Source of the DNA: Bugula neritina
Lineage: Eukaryota > Animalia > Bryozoa
NCBI GenBank assembly: GCA_964035545.1
Contig: OZ037768.1
Span: forward strand, 11,874,741-11,938,740
DNA: 64,000 bases
Reading direction: 5' to 3'
Below are positions 1 through 15,400 of the stretch, piece by piece (position 1 is the stretch's first letter; each line of letters starts with the position of its first letter). Below the pieces are notes generated by a model, which did no database searches, was not told where the DNA came from, and saw only the letters and a list, made by a program, of their open reading frames with translations. A program made the position numbers and the translations under genes.

Positions 1-3000
1 ATTGAGTGCGAGACTACAATGAATAAACTCCAGAAGCAAGATCGGGAGAGAGGAGGTCTTCTTCAGACACTCAAGCAGGAGAAAGCTGCGTTGCAGGTAA
101 ATGCGGAGTATATGTAGTCACAGTTCAGTATATAGAAGTAATTACTGTCAAATATATAAGTGACTACAGTGATCTGCCATGCAGAGGGCTGGGAGACCAA
201 CATTTTTTTCAATGTCCGTTATACCTAATTTATAATTGAGAGTTGTGCCCTCTTAGCAGGTACTATCTGTAACCTAATCGTATAGAAATGAATCATTAAA
301 ATCTCAGAAATTGACTGCTATATAAAATACCAGCTATGTTAGAAAATTGATATTCTAGAGATTCTGCTATCAACCGCCATACTGTATTAAAGTAACAAAT
401 GGATACATTTTTAGACAAGTCTGGACTCGGCTTTAGAAGAGAAGAAATCATTTGCTAAGGGTTTGGAGACTCTGAAGGCCAACACGTCTAAAGTGGAGCA
501 GAACTACAGGCAGATGAAGCAAGAGCTGGCAGTCAAGTCTCAGAGAGTTGATGAGTTAGAAAAGGAAAATGCTGAGCTGTGTGATAGAGTAGATAGTCCT
601 AGTGTACAGTCAGCGCCACAGACTAACTCCGTACCTGCGGAAGAAGTTACAGGACTACAACAAGAATATTTGGTCTTGCAAGAGCATTTGAATGCTTTAA
701 GACACAATGTAGAGGTAAAAGGAAATTAATTTTGGGAATATTCATCATACAAAATATTTGTATTCTTTCAACTGTAATTCATTAAAAATGGTAAAACATC
801 ATTAAATGATATAAGTTGATGGGTAGTAACTACCAATATTTATTGATGTATAACTTGGTTATTACGCTTGTGGGTTTTTTATATCACACGAGTACACAGC
901 TGCCCTAACATTCCCATATCAACCATATTACACGAGGTATGATACACCCATACACTCTGGTGATATCTGCAATGGTTTTATGTAGGATTCTGAAGACAGA
1001 GCAGAGAGGTTATCTGTAGAAAAGAGAACATTGGAGCAACAGCTAACCAACATGAAGAGTAACGCTGCTGAACTGGAGCACATACTGCAGAAGAAGGAGA
1101 AAGACCGTGCGAGTATAGAGTCTAAGCTTCACGAGGCCTTGGCTACCATAGATTCGCAAAACAAATCGCGTAAATCTGATGAGAATATGCAGCAGAAATA
1201 TAACATTCAGCAAGCAAAGGTAGAGCTTGTTGTATTCTCAGTATGTAGTGAAATCCGCAGGTGATGTGATAATTTGAACTGTCCTCAAGTAGCTATAAGT
1301 ATGTTTATGGAAATGTTAAACTTTGTTTATGCGTCTTTATAAATTAAGTGGTTGTAGCTTTTCTAATCATATTTATGATTATCCAATGTTTAGATGGAGC
1401 AAGTCCAAGCAGCCCTCCTCAAAGTCGAGGCATCTCTGAAAGATAGGATCTCCGACCATAACACAGCTATAAATCTGCTGTCTGCCCAGCTCCAGGAAGC
1501 CATCGTAGAAAGAGATGCTGCCAGACAATCACTGCGTCAGCACGAAGAGACAGTTCAGCAATCATCTTCCTCTCACCACGAACACCTCTACTCGGAGTTA
1601 CAAGTATGTCTACTATCAAACAGCTCACTATTCCATAATGGCGGCTTATTGCGACTTTGAGAAGAGTTGGCGGTGAAGCTTATGTGGCCATTTGAATTTA
1701 ATTTTTTCATCACTGTCTTTCTACATTGTAGAATATCAGGAAAGTTGAAATTACTTGGCCGTGCTCTAAAATTAAAATTTAAAAATATTTGATTTTTTAT
1801 AAAAGTTTACAGTTGACATTCTAGCTGTGTTTATACGTGAAAGCGGAGGTCCATTGTGGCCTACACTGGTTAGCGTACTCATTATCAGTATTTCTATTCT
1901 ACAGTCAGCGAGGTCGAAACTGGAGACAGCTCAGCTGCAGAAAGCGGAGCTGGAGAAGCAGATTTCCTCTTACCACACTGATGTGCAGTCTACAGTGAAG
2001 GAGTACCAGAAGAGACTGGCCGAATCTGCGGCTGTCATTGCACAACTGCAGCAGCAGTTAGTAAACGAGCGGTGCGTTTATATAGCTGTGTTGGCTTGAG
2101 TCTTGATATCTGTTACGTGTGTTAATGTTGCTTCATCCAGAAAATACATGCTCCAATATATAATAAATATATCATCTTTAATATCTTTCTTTCTATGGTT
2201 ATATTATACAGTCTTGTACATACATGGTTCAATCTAATAAGCTTGTCACTATAAAAACAGAGTAGTTGCAGTGAATTGCTTGGAATATTTGCAGTAAATA
2301 AAAAGTAGTTTTCAAACACTCTTTGATTTTCTAAATTTACAACTTGTTTGTGCAGTTTTAATGCATTGCTTCATGCTTGTAGGGCGGAATGTGAAGCTAG
2401 CATCAACAGACACAGATCAGAGTGCGAGACAAGCAGACAGCTTTCCATGGACCTGGAGAAGGAAAGGGGACGACTCTCAGGTAATAGTTTTCGACAACTC
2501 ATGTTATTGTGACGTAATGCTTGGTCTTGTACCATGTTAAATATATTCTATTTGTGGGAGTGGCTGAGTTCTTAGTTGTAGGTCTAATGATTATATTTTT
2601 GTTTCAGCTTTGAAAGATCAACACAACAAAGTAAAGCAGCACGCTGTCGAGCTCGAAGCTGCTTTAGCTCAGAGAGAATCAGTTTTAGTTCAGCTGAGTG
2701 CTGCCAATCAAACGGTGACTCAGAAGCATGATCAGCTGACGGAGGAACAGATGCTGAGAGTCAGACAACTGGAAGAAGATCTGAGCAACCAAACTTCTCT
2801 CTGTGACTCATTGAAGGCGGAAGTGAGTGTTTGGTTTAAGTTAGTCACTCTTACTAGTATTACTATTGCATTAACTGTTATGGTTTGTTTCTCAGTATCT
2901 TAGCACAATAATTTAAATAACATCTACTAAGTTTTTTGATGTGTTTATAACCATTTCTAGAGTAAAAACTGCTTATGTGTAGCTATAAGTTTCAGCATTG

Positions 3001-6000
3001 TGTCAACATAAAATTTCGCATCCAGCATCTCATCAAACACACACAAAAACATGTCTTTATGAAAATGCTTATGTTGTGAACTGTTGACACAAATATAGAT
3101 TTGACATTAAACAGTGTGGTCTGTCTTAGTGGCTGACTAACCTGCAGTCACTTGTCATGTTGTGTCTTAGTTGAATGGTGAAAGACAATCTCAGGAAGAA
3201 TCTAAAGAGTTGGCTGATACTTTGAAACTAGAAGTTGAGATGTTGAAACAGGAGTTGGATAAGAAGTCATTGTCCTTGGTATCAACAAAGTCAGAACTTG
3301 GCACGGTCACTGAGGTACATATTTGTGTATATAATTTCTGTGATCCAAGGCTAAATTCATGTAAAGGTAAGCAATACCTGAAACATGCTAATGCTTTTTG
3401 TTTACACCAAATAGAAAAATTTTTATCCCTATAAATAGATGCTCGTGTGAAAATAAAAGAAGGTAATTTTAGGCAAGGTAAAAGAGGCAGTATCAAAAGG
3501 TTATTTTAAATTGATTCAACATTTAAAGATGTAGGTGCAAGAATTGCATATATTATTGTTGAAGTTACATAATTTTTGTCAGCAAACTCAAAATATGCAG
3601 CACCATTTGCTATTCAGTGAAAAGGTTTAATTTCAGAGAAATATTGTGATGAGCAAATATAGGAATTGCTAAATTCAATAGTATATTTTCAACAGTCTGG
3701 GTAAATCTGGTCATAGTTTGCAATATGTACATTATTTAGTTTACGTTTTGAGACAGTTATGTGATGTTTCTAGAACTTTAGAATTTACTATACAGACCGC
3801 GAGCACTATACTCATTTATAAATTTATGGTTTTTTGTCAGTTTTGTGTTGTTCACAGTTTGGGGTTGATTGGACTGCATACAGGTACACTGCTAGGCTAA
3901 TGCTGCTGCTAACATTTGATTTTAAATTATGTTGAAAACAGTGTTTAAAAAGTCTATGATGATAGTTTTTTTCTATCAACTCGTTTGAATAGATCAGCTA
4001 GTGTTAGTTTTATTAGCGTATGGAGAATTTAGCTATAAACTTCTTTAGTTGGTTTGTTATTAAGCCCAAAGCATTGTACTCTTTCTACTTATATAAATGT
4101 CTTCAATAATTTAATATTTTTGACATATCAGTACCGACCTGTTTTGCCAACATGTTATATACCAGTGAGTAGTGGCAGTATGGTATGTTGGCAGATGGTG
4201 GAGAAACAGAGCACTAACATTGCAATGCTCAATAAAGAATACAGATCTGCTAGAATTGAACTTGAACAGCTGAGGCGGAGTGCATCTGAAACTGCCGCTA
4301 AAAACCCTATCATTTGTGATGAAATGCAGGTAAATAAAGTGTTTACTGTAATAGCTACAGGTAAGTTTGAACTCGTTTCTGCATTTTTACAATCTAATGT
4401 CTTGCAATGGCATTTATTTTAATGATTGTGAATATTCAACAAGTATTTGTATTTTATAAATTTACTAAAGGCTTTGCAATGGCAAGTCAAACAAAAGATT
4501 CAGGAGGCAAAAGACGCTGAAAGTCAACTGAAACTTTGTGAGCAGAGAATGGAGATTGAGACGGAGGGTATCAGAAAGGCCCTGGCGGTAAGACTATTTA
4601 CATTCTCTTGTATGTTGAAAGTCTAACTAAAATTGAAACCACATTGTCCTGTCATCCCACAGTAAAATATTGCGGCTTCCTATCCCCATTATTATTAGGC
4701 ACTCCGTCATACTATCAACAGCGGTAATATCTGCAACGGTGTAAAATTTATGAATATTGCTTGATAATAGCTTCTGAAAATAATTATACAAGTCACACAT
4801 CATTTTGCATTGAAACTAAAAATCAAATAATTCATATTTTGGTTGTTTTTTTCCTTAAAATGAATATATTATTATCTTTGAAATTGGTATTGCGTTGTGT
4901 GTTAGGAGACCAAGAAAGAACTAGATTGCATTAAACTGGAGATGGAGACTGTGCGTAAGGAGAAGTTCTCGTATCAGAGCAGAGTTGCCATGCTGAGAGC
5001 AGCAGTGAAGGAGTTACTTAAACAGTGCAAGGTGGGGATTACCTACTTACTAGTCCATGCCTACTTACTAGTCCATGCCTACTTACTAGTCCATGCCTAC
5101 TTACTAGTCCATGCCTACTTACTGGTTCATGCCTACTTACTGGTTCATGCCTACTTACTGGTTCATGCCTACTTACTGGTTCATGCCTACTTACTAGTCC
5201 ATGCCTACTTACTAGTCCATGCCTACTTACTAGTCCATGCCTACTTACTGGTTCATGCCTACTTACTAGTCCATGCCTACTTACTAGTCCATGCCTACTT
5301 ACTGGTTCATGCCTACTTACTAGTCCATGCCTACTTACTGGTCCATGCCTACTTACTGGTTCATGCCTACTTACTGGTCCATGCCTACTTACTGGTCCAT
5401 GCCTACTTACTAGTCCATGCCTACTTACTGGTTCATGCCTACTTACTAGTTCATGCCTACTTACTGGTCCATGCCTACTTACTGGTTCATGCCTACTTAC
5501 TGGTCCATGCCTACTTACTGGTCCATGCCTACTTACTGGTCCATGCCTACTTACTGGTTCATGCCTACTTACTGGTCCATGCCTACTTACTGGTTCATGC
5601 CTACTTACTGGTTCATGCCTACTTACTGGTTCATGTTGAGTTATACACTTGGGAATGTGTGATATTAAGTCAACATCTTATAATGAGCACCTTGTTACAT
5701 TATTAAAATACTTAAGGCATACTTATTTTAGCCAGTGAAAGGTTTTGTATGCTTTAAAATATACTATGTGATATAGGACGGTGAAAATTGCACAATACCA
5801 TACCATTCAGGTATATTTCAACTTTGCATAATGCTTCATATAGCACCTTTGCTGCGTATGACATAAACTTTATCTTCCTGTGCACATATCTCTGCATAAA
5901 GTAAACATTTTATGCTTTTTTTAAATAATGTGAAAAGTGCTAAATGGCAAAAAGCCTTTAAATTTTTGTGCTGTTGTAAAACTAGTAGATATAACTGTGT

Positions 6001-6967
6001 TCAATAATTATTAATTCAACATCAACTTGCCTAATTGACTTCTTGCCTTTTTGAAAATGGTTCAATTATCTTCTAATAAACCAATCATATGTGTAGGTAT
6101 TGACTTCAACATTAGCTGAGAGCCAGTCTTCTGCTGTAAACCTTCCCTTGGATGAGGCAAGATATGAGGAGCTGCTGAAAGAGACCTCAGCTCCTGGCTA
6201 CAAATCAAAGTGAGTGTCGATTTTTGGATAGCATCCAACATACACTCTGTGTTGAGTTTGGCAATTTCGTTGTTACCATATAAATCAGCTACGTAAAATA
6301 CGTGTGGTGTGATTCTAATAAGTAAATGGAATTTTTTTGCACACAATTCTTTTCTGTAAAATTATTTTAATTTTAAATGTAAGAGTTTTAGTTTATAGTG
6401 GCGTCGTTTGATTAGTGTTCAGTTACTTTGTAGTGTTTGTCTAAATTATTTTATCGTTTAATTCATAGGCCTCTGGAGAATCTTAAATCCTGTCTATCGA
6501 GTCTTCACTCTGAGATGGCACATTTACAGCAGCATATGGATCAGCATAAAAGTGCCATTCAGACTAACAATGAGTCATGGAGGTTTGTATTATGTATTGG
6601 ATTTCTACAATTACATTATAGTATTTTATAATAGTATAGATCTTCAATCAAACTATTGTTACTCACTGTATATTCAATATTAAAGAATTGCAGCTAAAAC
6701 TGTCAAATAATCAACAAGTTCACTTTTAAAACAGTCCCTGAATTTGGTATAGCGGCCACCTTTCCATTTATACAACGGTACACCTATCCAGTTTCTATTT
6801 CTGAATTTATTGTTTGAATGCTGAAATTTCTATCCTGTATTCACTGTTTCGCGTGTTACAGAACTGTGGAAACGGAGGTAGCCGATCTTGAAAAGTTGAT
6901 ACACGCCAGCAGAGAGGCTACAAAAGCCAGAACCTCCTTGAGCTATTCACAAGGAAACGTTGTATAA
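1..6967 (+). CDS. GOLGA3: Golgin subfamily A member 3 (golgin-160)-like coiled-coil protein, 3' part; 5' end lies outside the window
   Basis: About 14 GT-AG exons rich in E/Q/K/L heptads (approx. <1-96, 415-714, 987-1219, 1394-1603, 1904-2071, 2381-2480, 2608-2822, 3171-3314, 4195-4329, 4471-4587, 4906-5031, 6097-6209, 6469-6582, 6862-6967). The C-terminal segment PLENLKSCLSSLHSEMAHLQQHMDQH resembles the recalled GOLGA3 tail. Stop TAA at 6965-6967. Confidence 0.7.
5042..5635 (+). repeat. 18-bp minisatellite (GCCTACTTACTRGTYCAT), about 33 copies, intronic
   Basis: Directly visible tandem array starting about 10 nt after the donor at 5032. It explains the repetitive ORFs (LLVHAY)n, (LLTGPC)n and (MPTYWS)n. 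Confidence 0.97.
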
Positions 6968-8292
6968 AATTATATTGTTTAGTCTACTGCTCTTCCAATA
7001 ACTCTAGAGGAAAAATGTTACCAAAAGTAGTATCAAGTGTAATAATAATCTAGTTATTGTTAATTTTCATCGTTAGAAAGGAAATATGCAGCTTTTAGCC
7101 ATTGCATTTTGAGTTGTGAATTTTTTATTGTATTGTACGACTAATAGGTTACTGTAATCTGTACAAACTGCTGCAATTAAGAATGTTGGAAAGGTGGAAA
7201 AATAGATTTTAGAATCTCTATTACTGGAAAACATATTTTGGCGTATCGTTTTGATGTTGACAATGTTTAGATGAAATCATTTGGTTCAGTGAGATGACCT
7301 AAATTTTCAAACTGTTGAAAGTTTTATTATATATTCCAGTGTATAAGATGGATTACATAACCTGATTCCAATGCCAAGTGGAATAATGAACTGTCATTAG
7401 CTGAAATTTTAAACATTCCAAAACAGTTGATAGCAGGTTTTTGTTCTTTATTTTATGATATCAACATGTTACCGTGACTGTATTTTATTTTTCCTTAAAC
7501 CACATCACATATTTTAAATACTCAATAATTATGACTATTTCTGTTCTTCCATATTATTTTAGCTTCCTTAATTTATTTCTATATTTTTATCCCATTTGTA
7601 ATCCTATATGCTGTGGTGAGGGGCCTAAAGCTCATTTTCAATATCACATTTATTTAAATAAAATATATCAAAGCATTTGCCCTTCAAATGTTACTTCATT
7701 TAAAAACACCGACTTTCTTGTGTTTTAGAAATTTCCTTGGACCTATTGAATCAGGTTTTTGATAATCTATAAACTTGATCATTAAATATGTTTAGTTATG
7801 AATAATTTCAACAGTAAGTCATGCTATCAGCTCAACTTCACTCATAACTTACTTTATTTCAACAGCCAAGCTATTCACTTTGACTTTCGATAACCAAATG
7901 GGGAAGAATTCTAGCAGCAGCAGAATATTGGAAACCAGGCAACAATACATTGCTTATAGTAAACAAAGCCTATTTCAACAAAAGTGACTGAACGGTGAAA
8001 AAATAGCCAAATGATCATTTAAGCTGTCAGTGCATCCATTTCCATTCATTTCCAGCATACATTGGTGTGTGCAATAAGAATCTTGCAGAATGCTAGAAGC
8101 AGCTAACATTACTGAATATAATTTGTTGATTCAAAATTCGACCAGTGCAGTATTACAAAATTCCAAAAAATGTAGCTTGTGTTTTTAGTTACCCTTTTGC
8201 TTAAAGATGGAATGAGCTATTAGCCACACAGCTGTGTGCTCAGCATTGTCGCCATGCAGCTAAATGAAATTTTTTATCAATAATTTATAAAA

Positions 8293-8339
8293 TGCATATA
8301 AGGGTTATATCAAATTATTTGATATAACCCTTATATGCA
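8293..8339. repeat. Perfect inverted repeat, 23-bp arms with a 1-nt spacer
   Basis: TGCATATAAGGGTTATATCAAAT-T-ATTTGATATAACCCTTATATGCA. Confidence 0.95.
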
Positions 8340-9460
8340 ATATGCACAGAGTATCATAGAAGGTCAAAAGTTCATATAAAGGTCAAAAGTTAAGGTAGGC
8401 TAATCATTGACCTTTCCTTGGAAACACAGCATTGCTTCTATTGGTTGAATCTATCATTTTAATGTGGAGAACCCCACTTCAGGTGCTTGCAATAATTAAT
8501 ATCAAATCATCATAGTGGCTAAAAATCAATGAAAGATATTCACATAAGCATTCTATATGAACCTAAACTTCTTTACCTAATAGTACTTGCATTAGCATAT
8601 GTCTCATGGTGCATTTACATGCTAAAATCAATAAAATGATGAAAAAAGTGTCAATGAGGTTATTAACTTTAATACAAGAAACATAAGTTCCAACACTTTT
8701 AAATCAAGTTCACTTCTCAACATTAATTTTTTTTATAAATTACCTATGATCAACCTCTAAATTCTGCAACATTTCAAACCATATCATTATATTATCTTAT
8801 TGAAATATACATACAGATGATGTACTGCAAATACAACTATTAAGAAATACATACAATTCGTCATATTATTGTAAGCCATTGTATGAAATTCATAGACTGT
8901 AAAGCCAATTGGTTTTGTCTTTAACTGGGTTGACTTTGATATTTCAATAATTACCAATAACTAATATCAGCTATGGAATATAGTTGTAGGGTTTTTCACT
9001 ATCTTTATTTATAAAAATAAATTCTCACTTTGAAACTTCTTGTTTGCAGTAAAAACAACTAATAAAGTAAGTGAGTTATGCAAGAACTACAGCATGCCCT
9101 GTATTACAAATGGCTTGATGCTATAACAGTTGGAGCTTTACTGCTGCTATAGTTTATTAAATATTTAACTGTACAGACATTTTATTATGTAACATTTTTC
9201 TTTATGCTTACTTGCCACACGATTGCTGCAAGCTTATATTAAAAATTATAAAAATGTTCACAAAAGGTTTCGAAACAAAGACAATAAAATCTCTTGGTTT
9301 TAATTAAAAATTTATAATAAACAAAAAAGTTGGAAACATTTTGAAATTTTAGATTTCAATAACTGCACTGGCATGAAATAACATAATTAAAGTTAAAATC
9401 AACAACTGAAACAATTTTAGTTCTATAACTTTCAAGTATTAAGAGTTGGGTGAGCTTGTG

Positions 9461-12400
9461 CTACCTCGTATCTCGTAGATTACTATAGAATGACTACAAA
9501 TACAAATAAAATATAGAATACATCAGCACACAATACAACTTGTAAATGCTACAATAGTGAAATTGCTATAGAAGATTAACCAGAATCTAGATGCACGTTT
9601 CCTTATTGGCTTAATTCAAGCTACTGTAATGTATTAACATCCCTGAAAAATTATGCTACAAGTTTCTACAACAATATCGCAATTAAGAAATCATTTAAAA
9701 AGTAGTGGCTAGCTAATCCTATAATAAAATAAAATATAATATACTACATATATTTGAGCCTGCAATATAATAAAATGCTCTTGCGTACCTTGAGGTAGTC
9801 TTTGAGCTTTTTCTGATCACCAGCTAATGAAGTGCAGAAACTTTGTGATATGGAGGGATCCAACTGAAGACTAGGGAAATAGTGGTTAACAAGCCACTGA
9901 ACAAGTACTTCCTTCTGCTTGGTGTATATAGTGTGGAGACAGCCAGCAATGTCTCCCAACAGCTGGAATGTAGTTCACATATATCTATAGTGCAGCTATC
10001 AACTATTTTGAAATATCATGCATTCTGTATTCAGCATGCCTAATTCTCTATAGCCAGAAGTTGAACCAATGAGAATGCTTTAGCTATGGTACTATTATAT
10101 TACTTTCAGAGCAGAGTTTTGTATTAGCAAGTCCACATAAACTAATTTAGAACTGTGACTAATAACATAACTGAGCACAACATTAGGCTGTAGTTATATT
10201 ATGGTACATATGAGGACATACCAACACAGTCTGTGCATCTCGCCAATCAAAACTTTCCTTAGTCGGCGCCAAAATACAAGCGGGCACTATATTTTTCCTT
10301 GTGAATTCATCAAATCCCATTATACCATCTTCGCTACTGGTCCACTGCTCAACTAGGTTCTTAAGAATATCTAAATTAACAAAATTTCAACAGAATTACG
10401 TTGATGATGTTTTGCCAAAAATGAACCAAATTTTTACACAATTACAATTATTTTCATGTGTTGCTCAAATGATATCCATTCACATGCTTTTTGTAGACCT
10501 GTAGCCAGTTATATTAAGATAAGTTATTTAACAGTAGCTTACTGAAGGTTATCGGCTTCTCACCGTAACCTTTATCCGCAAGAATTAAACCGGTTACGGT
10601 GAGAAACGGTGAGAATTAAAGATTATCAGCTTACTGAAGCACACTTTTTGAGAAGAAGGATCCGGAAGATCAGAACAGCCTTGAATGACGGTGGTTAACA
10701 CCTGCTCAACAGTAGCGCCATCTGCACAACACAAATTCATACAAGTTTTAGCATTTCTGTACTCAAATTCGGTAGTGACAGAAAATATGATTTTCGGACA
10801 AAAAGTCATACTGTGGGAAGAAAAATGAAAATAGAAACATTGTTTTCCAACAGTTGACTGCAATAAAACTACTTGACTGTCAAATTTAAACATTTTGCTT
10901 TTGCCTAGAAACTCAGAAACAGGTCAATTGCTGTGAAAATAGAGTTTCTGGTGGCCACTTCAAACAGATCAAAACTATAAAATAAAATGTTTTGGTTGAA
11001 CATCACCCTCTCCATTTTATATATATATTCAACTCTGGTTATAAATTGAGCCCTTTTTAAGGATTAAGTCGTTAAAAAACACTGTTAAATGGCTTGAATT
11101 ATATTCTAATAAAAATGACCTACATACACAAGTACATGTTCTAGGAGAACAAACTGTTAGGTCAGAATAGATGGTGATTTTTCAAACATTTTAGTGCATA
11201 AAACACTACGCTAGTTAAAATTAGTACATTTCGGACCTTATAGGTGGCAACATATCTTTAAATAGAGCTTCAACCATTCATTCATTTCAGTCAACAACAA
11301 AATACAAGGTACCTTGATTTTTTATCACTTGTGTGAGATTAGACGTGATGAGATTGGCAATGAATGTGAAGTAGCCACGCCTAAGGAGCTTTCTATCTGA
11401 CATTGTTACGGTGTCCAAAGAGTCTATAGGACTATTGAGTACCGTGTAGATAGTGGTAACTAATGGAGTGAAGGCCTCTTGCAGGAATGGCGCCAATGTT
11501 ACCTGTAACATGCACCACCTGAGTTACTACAGCAAATCTCACTTTTATAAACTCGGTTTGAAAATTTTATTAGTGAAATATTGACATCTATTGGAATTCA
11601 GGTCTTATTTTCTCTGTATATTACTGATTTATCTTGCAGTGAAACCACAAGCCTAACTAAGTCACCTGGAAGCAACTATTGTAATTCTAAGGAGTTGAGC
11701 ATCAAAATTTTAGAAACATTTCAGAACTAGTAAACATGACAATAATTTACGGTGCATGCATTGAGTAGACTATACCTTGAATTTGGTGACTAGTTGGTTG
11801 AGCATGGGGATAAAATCATACAGCTCCTTGGCATCTGGAGTCTCTAACATCAGCCTTACCATTACAGGTACAAATGGTAATATATCTTCTTCCAAACACA
11901 CGATCATTCTGTGAAAGAACTGGCGAACTCCTGGCAATCATACCATATATAAACTTATATCATATAACATCATTGAATATTATTATAATTAACCAATTCA
12001 GTGCGTAATTAATACTCAGTTTTAATTAGAATATGATATAAACTAGCAACTTTTTTAATTAAATGATCAACATATGCAGCTTATTTTTGTTTTGATGTTT
12101 AAACTGTTGTCCATTTGAGTGTTTCAAACCTACAGTATCTGCTAGATATGATTAAATTTATAAAAACAGAACATCATCATGAAGGTAGATGAAACAATAA
12201 TTAAAGCATACACAACAAAGGTGATACCTTTAATAGATTATTTTGCGGACACACACATACCTTGCTGAAGGGTAGCACGCTGAAATGGGGAATTGAGGGC
12301 CTGTATAAACATATCCAGACAAGAAGTGAACACTGGAATACAGGCACATGTCTTCATTGTAGCCTGGTTACTAAACCCCTTACTGGCACGGCTACAACAT

Positions 12401-15400
12401 CAGCAGCATGCGTTAGCAACTACTAGTTTCAGAAGTCATTTAAAATTCATATCAATCTAATCTATTATGGATAGAAATGATGCGCATCATATGATATAAG
12501 AGAGGAAAACCGCCCTAAAACTATGTATTTATAAATATGCACGCACAGGCACACATTTTACCATAAGACTAATTTTTATTATGCACAACACTATATGCTA
12601 AAAATATTGAGTGAAAGAATATTTAATAATGCCAGAAAAGTGACAAGATGCCTGAACATTGGTAAATAAATGAGACTATAAAACAAATGAGCTATGCTAT
12701 GAATAAACAAGGAGTAGCGGTGCAGAAGAATTTTAAACTTTCAACACTACTAGTAAGTATTATAATCAGGATGCGATTTTCACTACACTCAAAAATAAAC
12801 TACACAACACAAGATTCAATTCAACATATAGTAGTATAGCTATAGACTCAACATCGCACACCACTGTGTTTTAAACACAACTCAAATTTCCTGATTAGTC
12901 ACACATTACAAACCACTTGGCACTAAATGGCAACTAGTAACAGAAACAGCTTTGCTAACCTGGCAAAGGACATTGCGCAATTCAGGCAGTCAGCGTATGA
13001 CTGTTGGGCAGCTTCATCCGTCTCTTGACAGAGTTTATTGAAGACAGTTTGGAAGTCTTGGATAACCGGAGTGAGCAGAGCCATCATAAGAGAGCTCTTG
13101 CGCTGTGAGTATCAGTATGTAAGTATTAGTATATTAGTACATTACACTATTATATGTCTAAAGTAGTACTAGTATTTCTAATGACAATTTACAACTGTAA
13201 GAGAGGTAATATACGGTATTTTTTAAGAAAACAAATATAAATAAAAAATATAAATATAAATTATAGCAACTCTCTAGCACCACACTGTATAAAATAAAAC
13301 AGTATAATTTCTTTTTACAAATCAACTAATTGGTTTACCAAGTTCATAATAACTAAAAGCAAGTGAAGCAATAGTTGAATGCAGATGCAGACCTGAGCAG
13401 AGAGGTTTGAGTTAACAATCAGTTGACTGGCAACTTCATATAGGAACATCTGTTCCTCATTGGTCAGCCAGCTTTGAGTGTCCCCGGCAGCGTTTGGTTG
13501 GATGCCGTTGACGATGGTATTCGAGGAGTGCGGAGTGTTGAGTGTGAGCAGCCCTTCCATCTGCTTCAGTATATTCTCTGTATACTGGTGCAGATTCCCT
13601 CTGCATGCAAATATAAGCATATAAACATATAAATATACATATACAAGCATACACAAATGAACATACACATACCAGCATACAAACATATAAGCATACATAT
13701 ACAAGCATACATATACAAGCATAAACGTACAATCTAACCTCCAGGTTATCAGCATTGCAATTACACAAAATATAATATAAAATGTCATCAACAAAACTTC
13801 TATCATACAAGCTAATATACTGAACTATAACAAATGTAATATTGCAGACATACATGTATATAATTATAATTAGTATATAATAGTCGACATGTGCATTACA
13901 TACTTAATATGTGAATATACCAACAGCTAGAAGCCTCAAATATGAGGAATGTAATGAAAAGAATTCCTTGTTAGGACCTTCAAACCATACCAAGGATACA
14001 AACACTTAAATTCTATACAACTAGGCAAAACCTGGTTATATATACTGTGGCTGTTTTGCAAGCCAACTTGTTGTAGTAATGATTTAAATGTACCAATGAG
14101 TATTAAAATATGGTAGAATACTGAAACCTAGTCAAATATATAGCATCATTATAGTGTCCTACCTCACAGCTTTGATAAATCTAGTGAAGAGATACGAAAC
14201 CCGACTACGGACTCTGGAGCGAGGATTCCTCAGTCCCCGTTCATCAAGAAAGGCACTCTGAAAGTGCATGAACAGTAGAAACCATGTAAAATCACTATAT
14301 AATATCACAAATACTAACATATTTTTATGACCTATTAACCCATTTTACAACAACTTTCACCGTTAACTGAATAACAACTGGCGTCCATATAACTCATTTC
14401 TACAGACCATGGTGACACCTCAGTTGCATACAAGAGCATAGAATCAACTATGAGAAGGTTGCTTACAAGAACTGCAGGTATACACTCTGGCTGGTGATGG
14501 TAAAACTTCTCATATCTGACAACTGTCTCAAAGAACTGCAAGGTGACAGCCTGGTGGGTGTGGTGTGACACCTCAGACATGATTATCTGAAACATAACAA
14601 CATTTTGCTATAGACCTTCTATATACACAAAAGTTAACATCTATTTCAATTAGTGAGCAAGTGATTTGCTAAACTCACCATTTTCAGCATTTCTTTCAGG
14701 GCCTCAGCTTTTTCTTGAGATTCTTTAGTGTCGTCCCTGAAATGCTGATTCTGTTGAGCCTAAAGAGCAGAAAATGAACATTTGCTGTGAAAAACCAATT
14801 ATAAATATATGAAGAAAATAATTCAATACATTGCATCACTGAGCGCATAAGATATGTTAAAAACTAAAAATAGTAATTGTTTGTGTTAAAATAACGAGTT
14901 TTAGGAGAACAAAAAATTAAGGATTTTACGTCGCGAGTAGATGATGAGGTAAAAGTATCCAGTAGCTCACTTACAGGTAAAGCTTCCCCCAACAAATACA
15001 CAAGAAGAAGGGCAACTTCAACTTTACGAAAGTCAACTTGTCGCCATGTTTCCAAACAGGAGGAGAGCATCTGCCGCACAATGATCAGCATCAGTGTGGG
15101 ATCCTGCAAAATTACTAGTGTATGACACTTAGTTAGGAGCATCAATTTAAATTCATAAAACGTGCCATAATATGTCTGTTTTGTTGAGTTTTATTTAGTC
15201 AAAAGTAAAAAAAATGTATATCTAACTGAAAAATAAATAATGACGAGGCTTTATGGTGCAATAGAACTGCAAGTAGTCAACGGATAAAAAATTGGTAGGA
15301 AATTATACTATATAGGTTTAACTTCAATAGTCAAAAAGTCTTAGTTTTAATTCAACAATTTAGATTTGCCATTACGTAGTTCACTTTTAAAATATACGTT

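Noticed and set aside
4942-5706. 254, 204 and 69 aa repetitive ORFs as independent genes, or the array as CRISPR
   Set aside because: They come from a stop-free 18-bp minisatellite in an intron; there are no unique spacers and the context is eukaryotic.
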